Source of the DNA: Longimicrobiales bacterium
GTDB lineage: Bacteria; Gemmatimonadota; Gemmatimonadetes; Longimicrobiales; Gaopeijiaceae
Assembly (NCBI GenBank): GCA_041690395.1
Contig: JAWLHJ010000001.1
Coordinates: 928,001 to 992,000 of the forward strand
DNA length: 64,000 nucleotides
Reading direction: 5' to 3'
A program made the translations under genes and the position numbers. Positions 32,653 through 42,828 of the stretch are shown here, in pieces (the stretch's first letter is position 1; each line of letters starts with the position of its first letter). The notes beneath the pieces were generated by a model that made no database searches, was not told the DNA's origin, and saw nothing but the letters and a program-made list of their open reading frames with translations.

Positions 32653-33878
32653 GGCGCGTCTATCACCGGGCCTTCGAGGGCGCTCCGGATGCGGCCCAGG
32701 GCGTCGTCGATCTGCGTCTCGGTGACGACGTAGGGCGGCAGCATCCGGATGACGTCTCCGGCGGTACAGTTGGTGATGAGGTGATGATCCCGATACAGGC
32801 GCTGCTGAAGCTCCTTCGCGCCCTCCGGGACGTGGAGCCCCAGCATCAGGCCGCGTCCCCGGACCGCTCCGACGTTCGGGAAGTCGGCTGCGAACGCCTC
32901 CAGGCCCGTCCGGAGTCGCGCGCCGAGCTCGGCCGCGCGCTCCATGAGCCCGTCCTCCTCCAGCAGCGTCAGGAACACGAGCGCCGCGCGGAGGACGAGC
33001 GGACCGCCCGCGAACGTGGAGCCGTGGTCTCCGGGCTTGAGCACGTCGGCCAGCTCCGCTCGCACCACGATTGCCCCCATGGGGAGCCCGGCCGCGAGGG
33101 GCTTGGCGAGCGTCACCACGTCCGGCTTGATGCCGGCCGCGTCCGCGGCGAGGAAGGTGCCGGTGCGTCCGCATCCGGATTGCACCTCGTCGTGGATGAG
33201 CACGGTGCCGGTTGCGTCGCACAGGTCGCGCACGCCTCGCAGGTACCCGGTGGAGAGCTCGACCACGCCTCCCTCCCCCTGGATGGGCTCCAGGATCACG
33301 GCGGCCGGTCGGTCGCGCTCGAGCGCGGCGGCCATGGCCTCCAGGTCGCCGGACGGCAGGAACGTCGTACCTGGCACCATCGGCTCGAAGGGCGCCCGGT
33401 AGCTCGCTCCGGACGTCACCGAGAGCGCGCCCATGGTGCGTCCGTGGAATCCGCCTTCGAGCGCGATGAACCCCGTCCGTTCCGGCCGCCCCGCGTCCCG
33501 TTGATGCTTCCTCGCGAGCTTGAGCGCCGCCTCGTTCGCCTCGGCGCCGCTGTTCGTGAACAGCACGGCCTCGAGCCCGGTGAGGCGCGCGAGCCGCGTG
33601 GCCACCTCCACGGTGTAGGGGTGGCGGAATAGGTTGCTCACATGGAGCGTGCGTCCCGCCTGGTCCGCGAGGGCCGCCGCGAGCTCCGGATGCCCGTGTC
33701 CGAGCGCCGAGACGCCGATGCCTCCGAGGAAGTCCAGGTATACGTCGCCCTCGGCCGTGCGGAGCTCCGCGCCGCAGCCGTCGACGAACACCTCGTCGGC
33801 CCGGCCGTAGTTGCGGACCATGTGCGCGTCGAGCGGCGCCACCGCGGCGTCGACGTTGACCGTCCTGTTCGACCTCAT
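32649..33878 (-). CDS. argD: Acetylornithine aminotransferase
   Basis: NSGAEANEAALK, FHGRT, EPIQGEGG, DEVQSGCGRTG, HGSTFAG; between argC and argJ. Confidence 0.95.
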   Translation of the reverse strand: MRSNRTVNVDAAVAPLDAHMVRNYGRADEVFVDGCGAELRTAEGDVYLDFLGGIGVSALGHGHPELAAALADQAGRTLHVSNLFRHPYTVEVATRLARLTGLEAVLFTNSGAEANEAALKLARKHQRDAGRPERTGFIALEGGFHGRTMGALSVTSGASYRAPFEPMVPGTTFLPSGDLEAMAAALERDRPAAVILEPIQGEGGVVELSTGYLRGVRDLCDATGTVLIHDEVQSGCGRTGTFLAADAAGIKPDVVTLAKPLAAGLPMGAIVVRAELADVLKPGDHGSTFAGGPLVLRAALVFLTLLEEDGLMERAAELGARLRTGLEAFAADFPNVGAVRGRGLMLGLHVPEGAKELQQRLYRDHHLITNCTAGDVIRMLPPYVVTETQIDDALGRIRSALEGPVIDAP

Positions 33879-34939
33879 CCGAGCCCCGCATCCTCGGGAA
33901 AGCCGAGCATGAGGTTCATGTTCTGGAGGGCCTGGCCCGCCGCGCCCTTCACCAGGTTGTCGATCACGGAAGTCACGACGACGTGTCCTTCCTGGTCGGT
34001 CAGCGCCATGTGACACCGGTTGGTCCGTTGGACGTCCGTGAGGGAGGGCTGGCCCTCCTCGGCGTGCAGCACCCGCACGAACGGCTCGCCCTCGTAGTAG
34101 TCCTGGAGATGGGCGCGCATCCGTTCCGCCGAAGCGCCGCGGACCGGCCGCAGGTAGATCGTCGAGAGGATGCCGCGGAAGACGGGCAGGAGGTGCGGCA
34201 CGAATACGAGATCCGTGATGCCGGCCTCCTGCCGGATCTCGGGCGCGTGCCTGTGCCCCCCCACGGCGTATGCGCGGAAGTTGTCGTGGACCGCTCCGAA
34301 GACGTTGGAAGGGGTCGGTGTGTTCCCGGCGCCGGAGACGCCGCTCTTGCAGTCCGCGACGATGGGGGCCGTCTCGTCGACCAGTCCGCCCGAGACGAGC
34401 GGCAGCAGAGGAAGGAGCACCGACGTAGGGTAGCAGCCCGGGTTGGCGACGAGCCGTGCGCCGGGGAGGCGTGCGCGGACATGTTCGGTGAGGCCGTACA
34501 CCACCTCGTCCAGCAGCTCGGGAGCCGTGTGCTCCGCGCCGTACGTGTCGGCGTGCAGCTTCGGGTCCCGCAACCTGAAGTCGGCGGAGAGGTCGACCAC
34601 GCGGCAGCCTTGGTCGAGCGCGGCTTTTGCCAGCGGCTGAGCGACGCCGTGTGGGGTGCATAAAAAGACGACGGAGACGCCGTCGAGACGCTCGGGGTCG
34701 AACGGCTCGGGCGCGTCAGGCTCGTCGGTCGCGTCCGCGGTAGGGGTCGCGGCCCCGGGGCGTGCGGTCATGAGCCGAGGCGCGCCCAGCCAGGGGTGAG
34801 CCCCGATGAGTCTTCTGATCTCCTGGCCGGTATAGCCGGTCGTCCCGACCACGGCCACGGTGGTCAGGGAAGAAGGGCCATCCGAGCTCGGCATGGAGAG
34901 GTCCGGGCCGTCACGAACCGAGCTCATGAGCGGTCCCAT
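33875..34939 (-). CDS. argC: N-acetyl-gamma-glutamyl-phosphate reductase
   Basis: GTTGYTG, DLSADFR, ANPGCYPT, KSGVSGAG, HRHAPEI, DNLVKGAAGQA; exact start uncertain. Confidence 0.96.
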   Translation of the reverse strand: MGPLMSSVRDGPDLSMPSSDGPSSLTTVAVVGTTGYTGQEIRRLIGAHPWLGAPRLMTARPGAATPTADATDEPDAPEPFDPERLDGVSVVFLCTPHGVAQPLAKAALDQGCRVVDLSADFRLRDPKLHADTYGAEHTAPELLDEVVYGLTEHVRARLPGARLVANPGCYPTSVLLPLLPLVSGGLVDETAPIVADCKSGVSGAGNTPTPSNVFGAVHDNFRAYAVGGHRHAPEIRQEAGITDLVFVPHLLPVFRGILSTIYLRPVRGASAERMRAHLQDYYEGEPFVRVLHAEEGQPSLTDVQRTNRCHMALTDQEGHVVVTSVIDNLVKGAAGQALQNMNLMLGFPEDAGLG

Positions 34940-34950
34940 GGGAAGGGGTG

Positions 34951-34985
34951 TGCATAAACATGCAGAAATATGGGTATAACATGCA
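34951..34985. promoter_or_regulatory. Tandem ARG boxes (ArgR operator)
   Basis: TGCATAAACATGCA (34951-34964) and GGGTATAACATGCA (34972-34985), 21-bp periodicity, in an AT-rich patch just upstream of argC. Confidence 0.75.
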
Positions 34986-34990
34986 TCACG

Positions 34991-37228
34991 TCAACGCAGA
35001 ACATCGATGACGTCGCTTCGCACCCATTGGATATCGCCCTCGCTCGTGTAGAAGAGGTACTTCCCGTCCGCCGTCACGAAGGGGCATAGCTCATGACCTT
35101 CGGTATTGATCGCGTCGCCGAGGCTCTTCCCGGAACCCCACGACCCGTCGTCCCGGCGGAAGCTGACGTACAGATCGCCGCGGCCGCGTCCCCCGGGCCG
35201 GGCGGAAGAGAAGACGAGATAGGATTCGTCCGGTGAGACGAACGCGTCGGCTTCGTAGTGGCCGGTATTCACGTCGCCGTGCAGTCGTCGGGCATCCCGA
35301 AAGCCCGCGTCGTGAGGGGCGGCCCTGTACAGATCGAAGTCCCCGGCGCGGGAGGCGTTCCGGTCGGAGGCGAAGTAGAGCGCCCCCGACGCTCCGAACG
35401 AGACATAGTACTCGTTGTGGTCCGAGTTCACCGGCGGGCCGACATTCTCGGGGGCGCCCCACCCGGTGCCTTCGCGCTCGACGAACCAGATGTCGTACGT
35501 GGGATCGTCTTCCGGCGTCCCTCCATCGTGGTCCGGGCGGTCCGAGATGAAGTAGAGCCGCTGTCCGTCGGGAGACAGGAAGGGGTCGTTCACCGAGTGG
35601 TGCGGGTCGGACACCACGACGTCCGGCTTCGTCCACGAGGTGCCGTCCCAGCGCGTCTCATGGATCTCCGCCCGCCCGTCGACGAGCACGCCGAAGTAGA
35701 GCTCGGTTCCGTCTTCTGACCAGACCGATCCGTATTCGTATCGATCACCGACCGAGACGATCCCCGGGGCGAACGGAAGGGGTGTGGCCCCCGGTCGCTC
35801 CTGGCCCAGATACGCGGAGGTCTCCGGCGGCGATGTCGCGGCTGCCGGCCTCACTCCGGACGGTTCCACTCCGGGCTGCCCCACTCCCTCGACCTCCCGT
35901 CCTCCGACGAAGACCCGCTCGAGCGAGCGCGTGGCCTCGATGTCCCGCGTGGGATCGTCGGCCAGCACGAGGAAGTCGGCGAGCTGCCCGGGCTCGAGGG
36001 TGCCGACGTCTTCCAGGCCACCGCATTCGGCGGCGATGGCGGTCGCGCTTCGCAGGGCGTCCGCCGGGCTCATGCCGGCCTCGACCATCATCCAGAGTTC
36101 GAGGTGCTCGAAATAGCCCGGGAACCGTGCGGCCGGCCCGGAGTCGGTGCCGAACGCGACCGGGATGCCCGCGTCTTGTGCCAGGATAAGGTTGCGACGC
36201 GCCACCTCGAGGGCCTCCCGGTACCCGTCCGCCGTCGGGCTGGCCCGGAAGCCTTCCTGCACGGCCGGGTCTTCGAGACGGCGGACTTCGCTGGCGAGCG
36301 CGTGGCGCCGGAAGAAGGGGTCGCCGAAAAAATCCGGACGGGCTTCGTACACGAATGTGCTGAGCTCGCGGGTCAGCGTGGGGACGTAACAGACGCCCGA
36401 GCCCTCCAGCGTCTCGAGGAAGGCCACGTCCATGTCCCGGTCACGCACCGAGTGTGCGACCAGGCCCGTGCCGAGGTCGAGGAGCCGTCGGGCATCGTCC
36501 AGATAGAAGAGGTGCGTGGCGACGGGGACGCCCCGCTCCCGCCCGACGTCCAGCACGGCTTCGACGGCGGGCCAGGGCATGGGCTCGGACGTGCCGAGGT
36601 TGTCGTCGACCCGCAGCTTGAGCCAGGCGGCGCCTGCGTCGACGTTGGCCTCGGCCGTTCGCCGTGCCTCGGCCGGGGCGTGTGCCGTGACGACCGGACC
36701 CGACGCCCGCAGCCGGGCGTGGGCCCCACCGGCTGAGCCGGGCATGGTCGTCGTGCCGCCCGCCACCTCGAGCGCCGCCCGGTCGTCGCCCAGGCTGACC
36801 ACGCTGGTGATTCCGTATCGGGCGTAGAGGAGGAGGTCCTGCCGAATCCGCCCCTCCGGGTCTGCGTCGACGTCGGTCGCCCAGGCGCCGCTCACGTGCC
36901 CATGTGCGTTCACCAGGCCGGGCATCACGAACTTGCCGTCCAGCGGTACGACGGTGGCCGACGCGGGAATATTCACGTTCGCCCCCATCGCCGAGATGCG
37001 CTCGCCCTCGACGAGGAGGGTGACGTCCGAACGCGCGGTAGACCCGGTCCCGTCCCAGACGGTCGCGCCCGTGAAGGCGGTGGTCTGCGCGGCAAGGAGC
37101 GTGGGGAGCGCGAGGAGGATGAGTACCGCACACGCAGCGGCTCGCGGCCCGGAATGCTCCGGAATCGGCGCGACGGGCTCGGGTGAGGGGGCCGGCTCGG
37201 GTGTGCCGGTGCGGGACGGGGTGCGCAT
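34991..37228 (-). CDS. Secreted amidohydrolase fused to a PD40/TolB-like beta-propeller
   Basis: Signal-like segment, MPGLVNAHGH, FGTDSG, GTLEPGQLADFLVL; then YLGQERPG..FAPGIVS and repeated P.LSPDG..LYF.SDR blades. Confidence 0.85.
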   Translation of the reverse strand: MRTPSRTGTPEPAPSPEPVAPIPEHSGPRAAACAVLILLALPTLLAAQTTAFTGATVWDGTGSTARSDVTLLVEGERISAMGANVNIPASATVVPLDGKFVMPGLVNAHGHVSGAWATDVDADPEGRIRQDLLLYARYGITSVVSLGDDRAALEVAGGTTTMPGSAGGAHARLRASGPVVTAHAPAEARRTAEANVDAGAAWLKLRVDDNLGTSEPMPWPAVEAVLDVGRERGVPVATHLFYLDDARRLLDLGTGLVAHSVRDRDMDVAFLETLEGSGVCYVPTLTRELSTFVYEARPDFFGDPFFRRHALASEVRRLEDPAVQEGFRASPTADGYREALEVARRNLILAQDAGIPVAFGTDSGPAARFPGYFEHLELWMMVEAGMSPADALRSATAIAAECGGLEDVGTLEPGQLADFLVLADDPTRDIEATRSLERVFVGGREVEGVGQPGVEPSGVRPAAATSPPETSAYLGQERPGATPLPFAPGIVSVGDRYEYGSVWSEDGTELYFGVLVDGRAEIHETRWDGTSWTKPDVVVSDPHHSVNDPFLSPDGQRLYFISDRPDHDGGTPEDDPTYDIWFVEREGTGWGAPENVGPPVNSDHNEYYVSFGASGALYFASDRNASRAGDFDLYRAAPHDAGFRDARRLHGDVNTGHYEADAFVSPDESYLVFSSARPGGRGRGDLYVSFRRDDGSWGSGKSLGDAINTEGHELCPFVTADGKYLFYTSEGDIQWVRSDVIDVLR

Positions 37229-37374
37229 CGTGATCTCCTCCGGTGGGGCTAGCAGCCGTGAGCATACCGTACCCGGCCGGCGACGTGTCGGCAATGCGTC
37301 AGGGCGCCCGTATTGCGCCTCGGCACAAGGAGGCTCATTCTCACGCACCGCCCCATATCCAACGGGAGAATGTC

Positions 37375-39000
37375 ATGAGTCGTCGAACGCCCTTCACGGT
37401 CCTGCTCACCCTGCTGCTCACCCTGGCCGCGGCCGGCTCGGCGCTCGCACAGATGGAAGAGACGACGCTCCGGGGCTCCGACGAAGGGGGCGGGCCCTAC
37501 GACCGCCTGATCATTCGGGGTGCCACCATGATCGACGGGACGGGAGCGCCGCCACAGGGCCCGGTGGATATCGTCATCGAGGGTGACCGCATCGCCGAGA
37601 TCCGGTCGGTCGGCTACCCCGGTGTGCCCATCAACGAGCGCCGTCGCCCCGGCGACCCCGAGCGTGAGATCGACTGGGAAGGGCGCTTCGTTCTTCCGGG
37701 CTTCATCGACATGCATGCGCACACCGGCGGGGCGGGCAAGGCGCCGCAGGCGGAGTACGTCTACAAGCTCTGGATGGGGCACGGCATCACCACGTCGCGG
37801 GGCGTCGGACACGGGCCGGTGGACTGGGCGCTCCAGGAGAAGGCCCGAGCCGAGCGGAACGAGATCGTCGCCCCCCGTATGTTCACGTACGCGCGGCCCG
37901 GTGAGGCTTGGGACGGCGGCGCCATCGACTCGCCGGAGCAGGCGAGGGCCTGGGTGCGGTTCATCGCCGAGTACGAGGTCGATGGGGCGCGGGTCGATGG
38001 GCTCAAGCTCGGATCCATGCCGCCGCACATCATGGAGGCCATCCTCGACGAAGCGCAGGCTCAGGGACTCGGCACGGTAGCCCACCTGAACCAGATGGGC
38101 GTGGGCGAGATGAACGCCCTCGACGCGGCCGAGCTCGGCCTCGACATGATGACCCACTTCTACGGGCTCTTCGAGTCGATGCTCACCGACTACTCGGTGC
38201 AGAACTACCCGCTCGACTACAACTACAACAACGAGCAGCACCGCTTCGGGCAGGTCGCACGGCTGTGGAGCCAGTCCGCGGAGCCTGGGTCGGAGCGGTG
38301 GAACGAGGTCCTGGATCGCATGCTCGAGCTCGGCTTCGGTATCGATCCGACCATGACGATCTACGAGGCGAGCCGTGACCTCATGCGGGCGACGCAGGCC
38401 GAGTGGCACGACGACTATACGCTGCCGAGCCAGTGGGACTTCTACGAGGCGTCACGTGAGGCCCACGGATCGTACTGGTTCTACTGGACCAGCGAGGACG
38501 AGACGGAGTGGGCCCGCTTCTATCAGAAGTGGATGCGCTTCCTGAACGACTTCAAGAACCGTGGCGGCATCGTCACGACCGGGTCCGACTCGGGCTTCAT
38601 CTACAAGCTGTACGGCTTCGGCTACATCCGTGAGTTCGAACTCCTGCGGGAAGCCGGCTTCCATCCGCTCGAGGTCATCCGCGCCGCGACCTACCATGGC
38701 GCCTATCAGCTCCACGAGCCCAGCGGCATGCAGGACCAGATCGACTTCGGCATCCTGCGCGAGGGGCTGAAGGCCGATCTGGTGCTGGTCGAGGAGAACC
38801 CGCTCGAGAACCTGAAGGTGCTGTACGGCACCGGCGCGCCGCGTCTGAACGACGAGACCGGTGAGAACGAGCGGGTCGGCGGGATCGCCTACACCATCAA
38901 GGACGGCATCGTCTACGACGCGCGTCAGCTGCTGGCCGACGTGCGTGAGATGGTGCGGCAGGCCAAGGCGAGCACGACGCAGGACGGCGCAGGGAGCTGA
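37375..39000 (+). CDS. Secreted amidohydrolase family protein
   Basis: Signal peptide, LPGFIDMHAH, TGSDSG, ADLVLV..NPL. Confidence 0.9.
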   Translation: MSRRTPFTVLLTLLLTLAAAGSALAQMEETTLRGSDEGGGPYDRLIIRGATMIDGTGAPPQGPVDIVIEGDRIAEIRSVGYPGVPINERRRPGDPEREIDWEGRFVLPGFIDMHAHTGGAGKAPQAEYVYKLWMGHGITTSRGVGHGPVDWALQEKARAERNEIVAPRMFTYARPGEAWDGGAIDSPEQARAWVRFIAEYEVDGARVDGLKLGSMPPHIMEAILDEAQAQGLGTVAHLNQMGVGEMNALDAAELGLDMMTHFYGLFESMLTDYSVQNYPLDYNYNNEQHRFGQVARLWSQSAEPGSERWNEVLDRMLELGFGIDPTMTIYEASRDLMRATQAEWHDDYTLPSQWDFYEASREAHGSYWFYWTSEDETEWARFYQKWMRFLNDFKNRGGIVTTGSDSGFIYKLYGFGYIREFELLREAGFHPLEVIRAATYHGAYQLHEPSGMQDQIDFGILREGLKADLVLVEENPLENLKVLYGTGAPRLNDETGENERVGGIAYTIKDGIVYDARQLLADVREMVRQAKASTTQDGAGS

Positions 39001-39148
39001 CGAAGTCCGGGCGTCGGCCTCGCGCGGCGTGCAGCCCGTGAGACCGGCGCCCGGCTTCTACCTCCCGTCGGCAGTCCAGGGCCCGAGTGTGTGACGCTCC
39101 TCCCGGGGCCGGTCGCCGCGTGGGGCCCGCGGGGCGACCGACCGCCTG

Positions 39149-40300
39149 TCAGCCCCGCGAAGCGTGCCAGCGCGCGAGCACTTCGCGCTCGCGCTCACGG
39201 TCGAGCCCGGCCTGACGGTCCGCGCGCTCGGCCGCCGGGCGGGTCTCGTCCCAGGCCAGCGTGTCACGGGCGGTTTCGGGGAGCGGGCGGTAGGTGAGCC
39301 CGGCCTCGGTCGCCCGCGACACGTCCACGAACATCAGCGGGCTGCCGGGCATCCAGGCCGGGAGATCGCTCCATGCGCGCAGCCCCTCGGCCTGGAGGAA
39401 CGGCTCCTCCACCCAGGTGAGCTCGTAGGGGTTTCGCGCCGCTTCGCCGACCTGCGCCAGCATGGATGCCATGGTCATGCGCTCGGCCGGACCGGTAGCG
39501 TTGAAGTCGCCGGTGACCCGGCCCTCGGCGAGGCGCACGATCCACTCCGTCAGGTCGCGCTGATCGATGACCTGGGCCGAATGCTCCGGGTTCCCGGGCG
39601 CGAGCACCTCACCGCCCTCGTCGAGCCGAACGGGCCAGTACGTGAAGCGGTCGGTGGGATCTCCCGGGCCGACGATCAGCCCTGGCCTGACGATCGTCGC
39701 CCGACCGGGGAAAGCCTCGCGCACGACGTCCTCCGACAGGCTCTTCATGAGCCCGTAGGGGGCGTCGTCTCCGTCCGACCATCCCTCGGGCGGCTCGATG
39801 CAGGGGTAGCCCTCGTCGATGACGCGCTCCCGGAGCACCCGGGTCGGGTCGCTCCACCGGCCTGGCTCGAGCTGATAGGCGGAGATGGACGACACCAGGA
39901 GGTAATGCTCCACCGAGTCGGCCAGGAGTGCGGTGCTCCGCTGCACCCACCTGTAATCCTGGGCGTTGTTGTCGAGCACGACGTCCCAGGTCCGCCCCTC
40001 CAGAGCCGCGTGATCGTCGTTCCGGTCTCCGACGAGGTGCTCCACGTCCGGGATGTCGGCGTCGCTCCGGCCGCGGGTGAAGATCGATACCTCGTGCCCG
40101 CGGGCGACCGCGTGCCGGACGGTGTGCGGCCCGATGAAGCCGGTTCCCCCGAAGATCAGGATGCGCTTGGGCATGACGGACGCGGTGCCGCCGGCCGCGG
40201 CGTCTTCGGGACTCGGGCCGCACGCCGCCGCGCCCCCGAGGGCCAGCCCGGCGCCCAGGGCGCCCATCGTCTCTAGGAACTCCCTGCGCGTCGGTGTCAT
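39149..40300 (-). CDS. NAD-dependent epimerase/dehydratase family protein with Tat-like signal
   Basis: TRREFL, ILIFGGTGFIG, YGLMK, RPGLIVGPGD.TDRFTYW. Confidence 0.9.
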   Translation of the reverse strand: MTPTRREFLETMGALGAGLALGGAAACGPSPEDAAAGGTASVMPKRILIFGGTGFIGPHTVRHAVARGHEVSIFTRGRSDADIPDVEHLVGDRNDDHAALEGRTWDVVLDNNAQDYRWVQRSTALLADSVEHYLLVSSISAYQLEPGRWSDPTRVLRERVIDEGYPCIEPPEGWSDGDDAPYGLMKSLSEDVVREAFPGRATIVRPGLIVGPGDPTDRFTYWPVRLDEGGEVLAPGNPEHSAQVIDQRDLTEWIVRLAEGRVTGDFNATGPAERMTMASMLAQVGEAARNPYELTWVEEPFLQAEGLRAWSDLPAWMPGSPLMFVDVSRATEAGLTYRPLPETARDTLAWDETRPAAERADRQAGLDREREREVLARWHASRG

Positions 40301-40311
40301 GGTGCGGGCCC

Positions 40312-42618
40312 TCAGTATCGAAGGAGTCGCGTGATTTTCAGCACGAGCGCGCGGTTGCGGAGCCCGGTGCCGCCCGGGCCCGTGTCCCGCTCGTCCGTCC
40401 ACACGAAGAACAGCTCGCTGCCCGGCTGGTATTCCCAGCGGAAGCGGAGGTTGCTCGAGAAGGTATTGCTGTCGGAGCCGTACTGCATCAGGGCGCTCGC
40501 GAACATGCGCGGCGTGAAGGCGTAGTCGGCGCGGAGCCTCGTCACCGTCTCGGTGGATGAGCCCTGGGGCAGGTCGATCAGGTTGAGGCTGACCCCCGGC
40601 TCGAGGGACAGGCGGTCGGTGAGGACGACCCGTCCCTGGTTCACCCCGATCGTCGTCAGCGTACCGTCGTAGAAGTCACCCCAGTTGACCGACACGTTGC
40701 CGGCGAGGCGGCGGTGCGGGCCGAAGTTGTACTGGAGCCGATAGTCGGTGAACGCATAGGCCCCGGGCTGGATGGTCAGCTCCGAGGTCACGTCGAACGC
40801 CTGGTCGATGCGCTCGTAGTTCCGGGTGACCTGGACGGATGTCTGGTCGCTGTTCTCGAGCTCCACCTCGAAGCGCCCGTTCTGGACCCGTGACTCGACG
40901 TTGCCGAGGCCATCCTCGAAATAGTCGACGCGAGCGTCCCACGTGAGCTGACGGATCGACTCGATGGACGTGGGTCTCGGGCTGAAGCGGGCCGAGGCGG
41001 AAGTCTTCTCGAAGTCGCGACGGCGCACGAAGCCGATCTCAGGATTGAAGTCGGCGCCGACTTTCAGGAACGACAGGCTCCCCCCGTAGCGGTCGCCGTT
41101 CCACTGGGCGCGTCCCTCGTAGCTCTCGTCGTCTCCCGTAAGCGCCGGCGTCTCGGTCTTCGCGAAGTAACCGCCGACCTCCAGGTTCGTCAGGAATGCG
41201 AGTTGCAGGTCGCCCCCGTAGGCTTGGCTGGAGCCGCCGCCGTCCAGCGCGACCGAGCGGTTGGTGCCGATGATGCCGATGGAGCTTCGGCCCAGGATGT
41301 CTCGTTTCACGCGCAGCACCGAGAAGTTGGTGCCGTCCACGCCCGCCTCCGGTATGCCCCCGGTCTGGATATTCAGCGCGCCGATGCCGAACGCGCCCAC
41401 CTTACCCGTCAGTCGGCCTCCCGCGCGGATCGGCACCACCTCTCCGTCGTCGAGCCCGATCCGGCGGCTGTAGAAAAGGGTGGGCGCGTCGCGGGGCGGG
41501 CCGAAGCCCATGCGACCGCCCCCGCCACCGCCTCCGAAGTCGAAGACGCCGCGGCCTTCCAGGAAGAACTCGCGCTTCTCGGGGAAGAAGAGTCCGAACC
41601 GCGTCAGGTTCACCTGCTGCTCGTCCACCTCGACCTGCGCGAAATCCGTGTTGACGGTGAGGTCCGCGGTCAGGTTCGCGGTCACCCCGTACTTCACGTC
41701 GAGCCCGGCGTCCGCGGTCGCGTCGTTCGAGACGACTGGGGTGACGGTCCGGTCGGTCGTGAGGCCGGTGATCCCGTAGGGCTTGATGTCGAGGTTGTTC
41801 CCCGCTTCCGGCAGGTCGAGGCCGACCAGCGTCCCGCCGGCCGAGACCCGGTTCAGGCCCTGCGGGCCCGCCAGGTTGGACGGCACCGGGCTCAGGTAGA
41901 CCCACTCGTTCTTGTGCCGGATGCCTCGCCGCATCTGGAGCCCCCAGACACGGTCGGGGCCCGACAGGTAGCGGATCGACTTGAACGGGATGGCCATCTC
42001 GACGGTCCACCCTCCGTCGAACCGGCCGGTCGCCACGTCCCAGACGGGGTTCCAGTCCATGTTCGGGCCGCCTTCGTCGATCACCTGATAGTCGGCCCGG
42101 CCGCCGAGCGGATTCGTGTAGAACATCGAAGCGCTACGGCGGTCGTAATAGGTGTCGAACATGACACCGAAATTCTCGTTGTTCCTCAGCCCCGCGGCGT
42201 CTCGCCGCAGCTCGTTGGCGAGCCAGATCGAGGGCGGGGCGGAGTCCCAGCACCGGCACGTCACGTAGATGTGGGTGTCGTCGAACGTCACCCAGACGTC
42301 GGAGCGCTCGGAGGCCGGCGCGCCCGCGACCGGGACCACCTGGATGAAGCCGCCGAACGGCTCGTTCGCGCCGTACACGTCCTCGTCAAGGACGCCGTCC
42401 AGCACGAGCGGCTCGTCGAGCCGGATCGCACGGATGGTCGGCCGACCCAGCGCGTCCCTCGTGATCGAGGACGGGGCGACGGGAGGGGGCGACCCGTCGA
42501 TCGTCGTCGGCCGATCCTGGACATCTTCGTCCTGGATCATGGACTGGGCAGACGCGAGCCGCGGCTGAGCGGCGTACAAGACCAGGAGCGCCAGAGCCAC
42601 GCGGGGGAGAGTCAGCAT
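40312..42618 (-). CDS. DUF5916 / CBM9-like outer-membrane protein
   Basis: LDGVLDE, WTVEMAIPF, NTDFAQVEVD, FFPEKREFFLE, FYSRRIG, NLRFRWEYQPGS, terminal aromatic residue. Confidence 0.88.
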   Translation of the reverse strand: MLTLPRVALALLVLYAAQPRLASAQSMIQDEDVQDRPTTIDGSPPPVAPSSITRDALGRPTIRAIRLDEPLVLDGVLDEDVYGANEPFGGFIQVVPVAGAPASERSDVWVTFDDTHIYVTCRCWDSAPPSIWLANELRRDAAGLRNNENFGVMFDTYYDRRSASMFYTNPLGGRADYQVIDEGGPNMDWNPVWDVATGRFDGGWTVEMAIPFKSIRYLSGPDRVWGLQMRRGIRHKNEWVYLSPVPSNLAGPQGLNRVSAGGTLVGLDLPEAGNNLDIKPYGITGLTTDRTVTPVVSNDATADAGLDVKYGVTANLTADLTVNTDFAQVEVDEQQVNLTRFGLFFPEKREFFLEGRGVFDFGGGGGGGRMGFGPPRDAPTLFYSRRIGLDDGEVVPIRAGGRLTGKVGAFGIGALNIQTGGIPEAGVDGTNFSVLRVKRDILGRSSIGIIGTNRSVALDGGGSSQAYGGDLQLAFLTNLEVGGYFAKTETPALTGDDESYEGRAQWNGDRYGGSLSFLKVGADFNPEIGFVRRRDFEKTSASARFSPRPTSIESIRQLTWDARVDYFEDGLGNVESRVQNGRFEVELENSDQTSVQVTRNYERIDQAFDVTSELTIQPGAYAFTDYRLQYNFGPHRRLAGNVSVNWGDFYDGTLTTIGVNQGRVVLTDRLSLEPGVSLNLIDLPQGSSTETVTRLRADYAFTPRMFASALMQYGSDSNTFSSNLRFRWEYQPGSELFFVWTDERDTGPGGTGLRNRALVLKITRLLRY

Positions 42619-42828
42619 GATATCGGCTATTGCGGGCGGCTGCGGGAATGAAGGGTCAGCCACACAAGATGGGCCATCGAAATGCTCACGGCGAGGACAC
42701 CGCGGCGGGGAGAAGGGTTGACGACCCCGACTCCCGTTCGGCCTCGCGGAAGCCTTTCGGCAACCGCCGGGGCGTGTTTCCTTGTTGCCGACCTTCCCGT
42801 TCCTCACCGCGAGGCTCGCCTTCGCACC

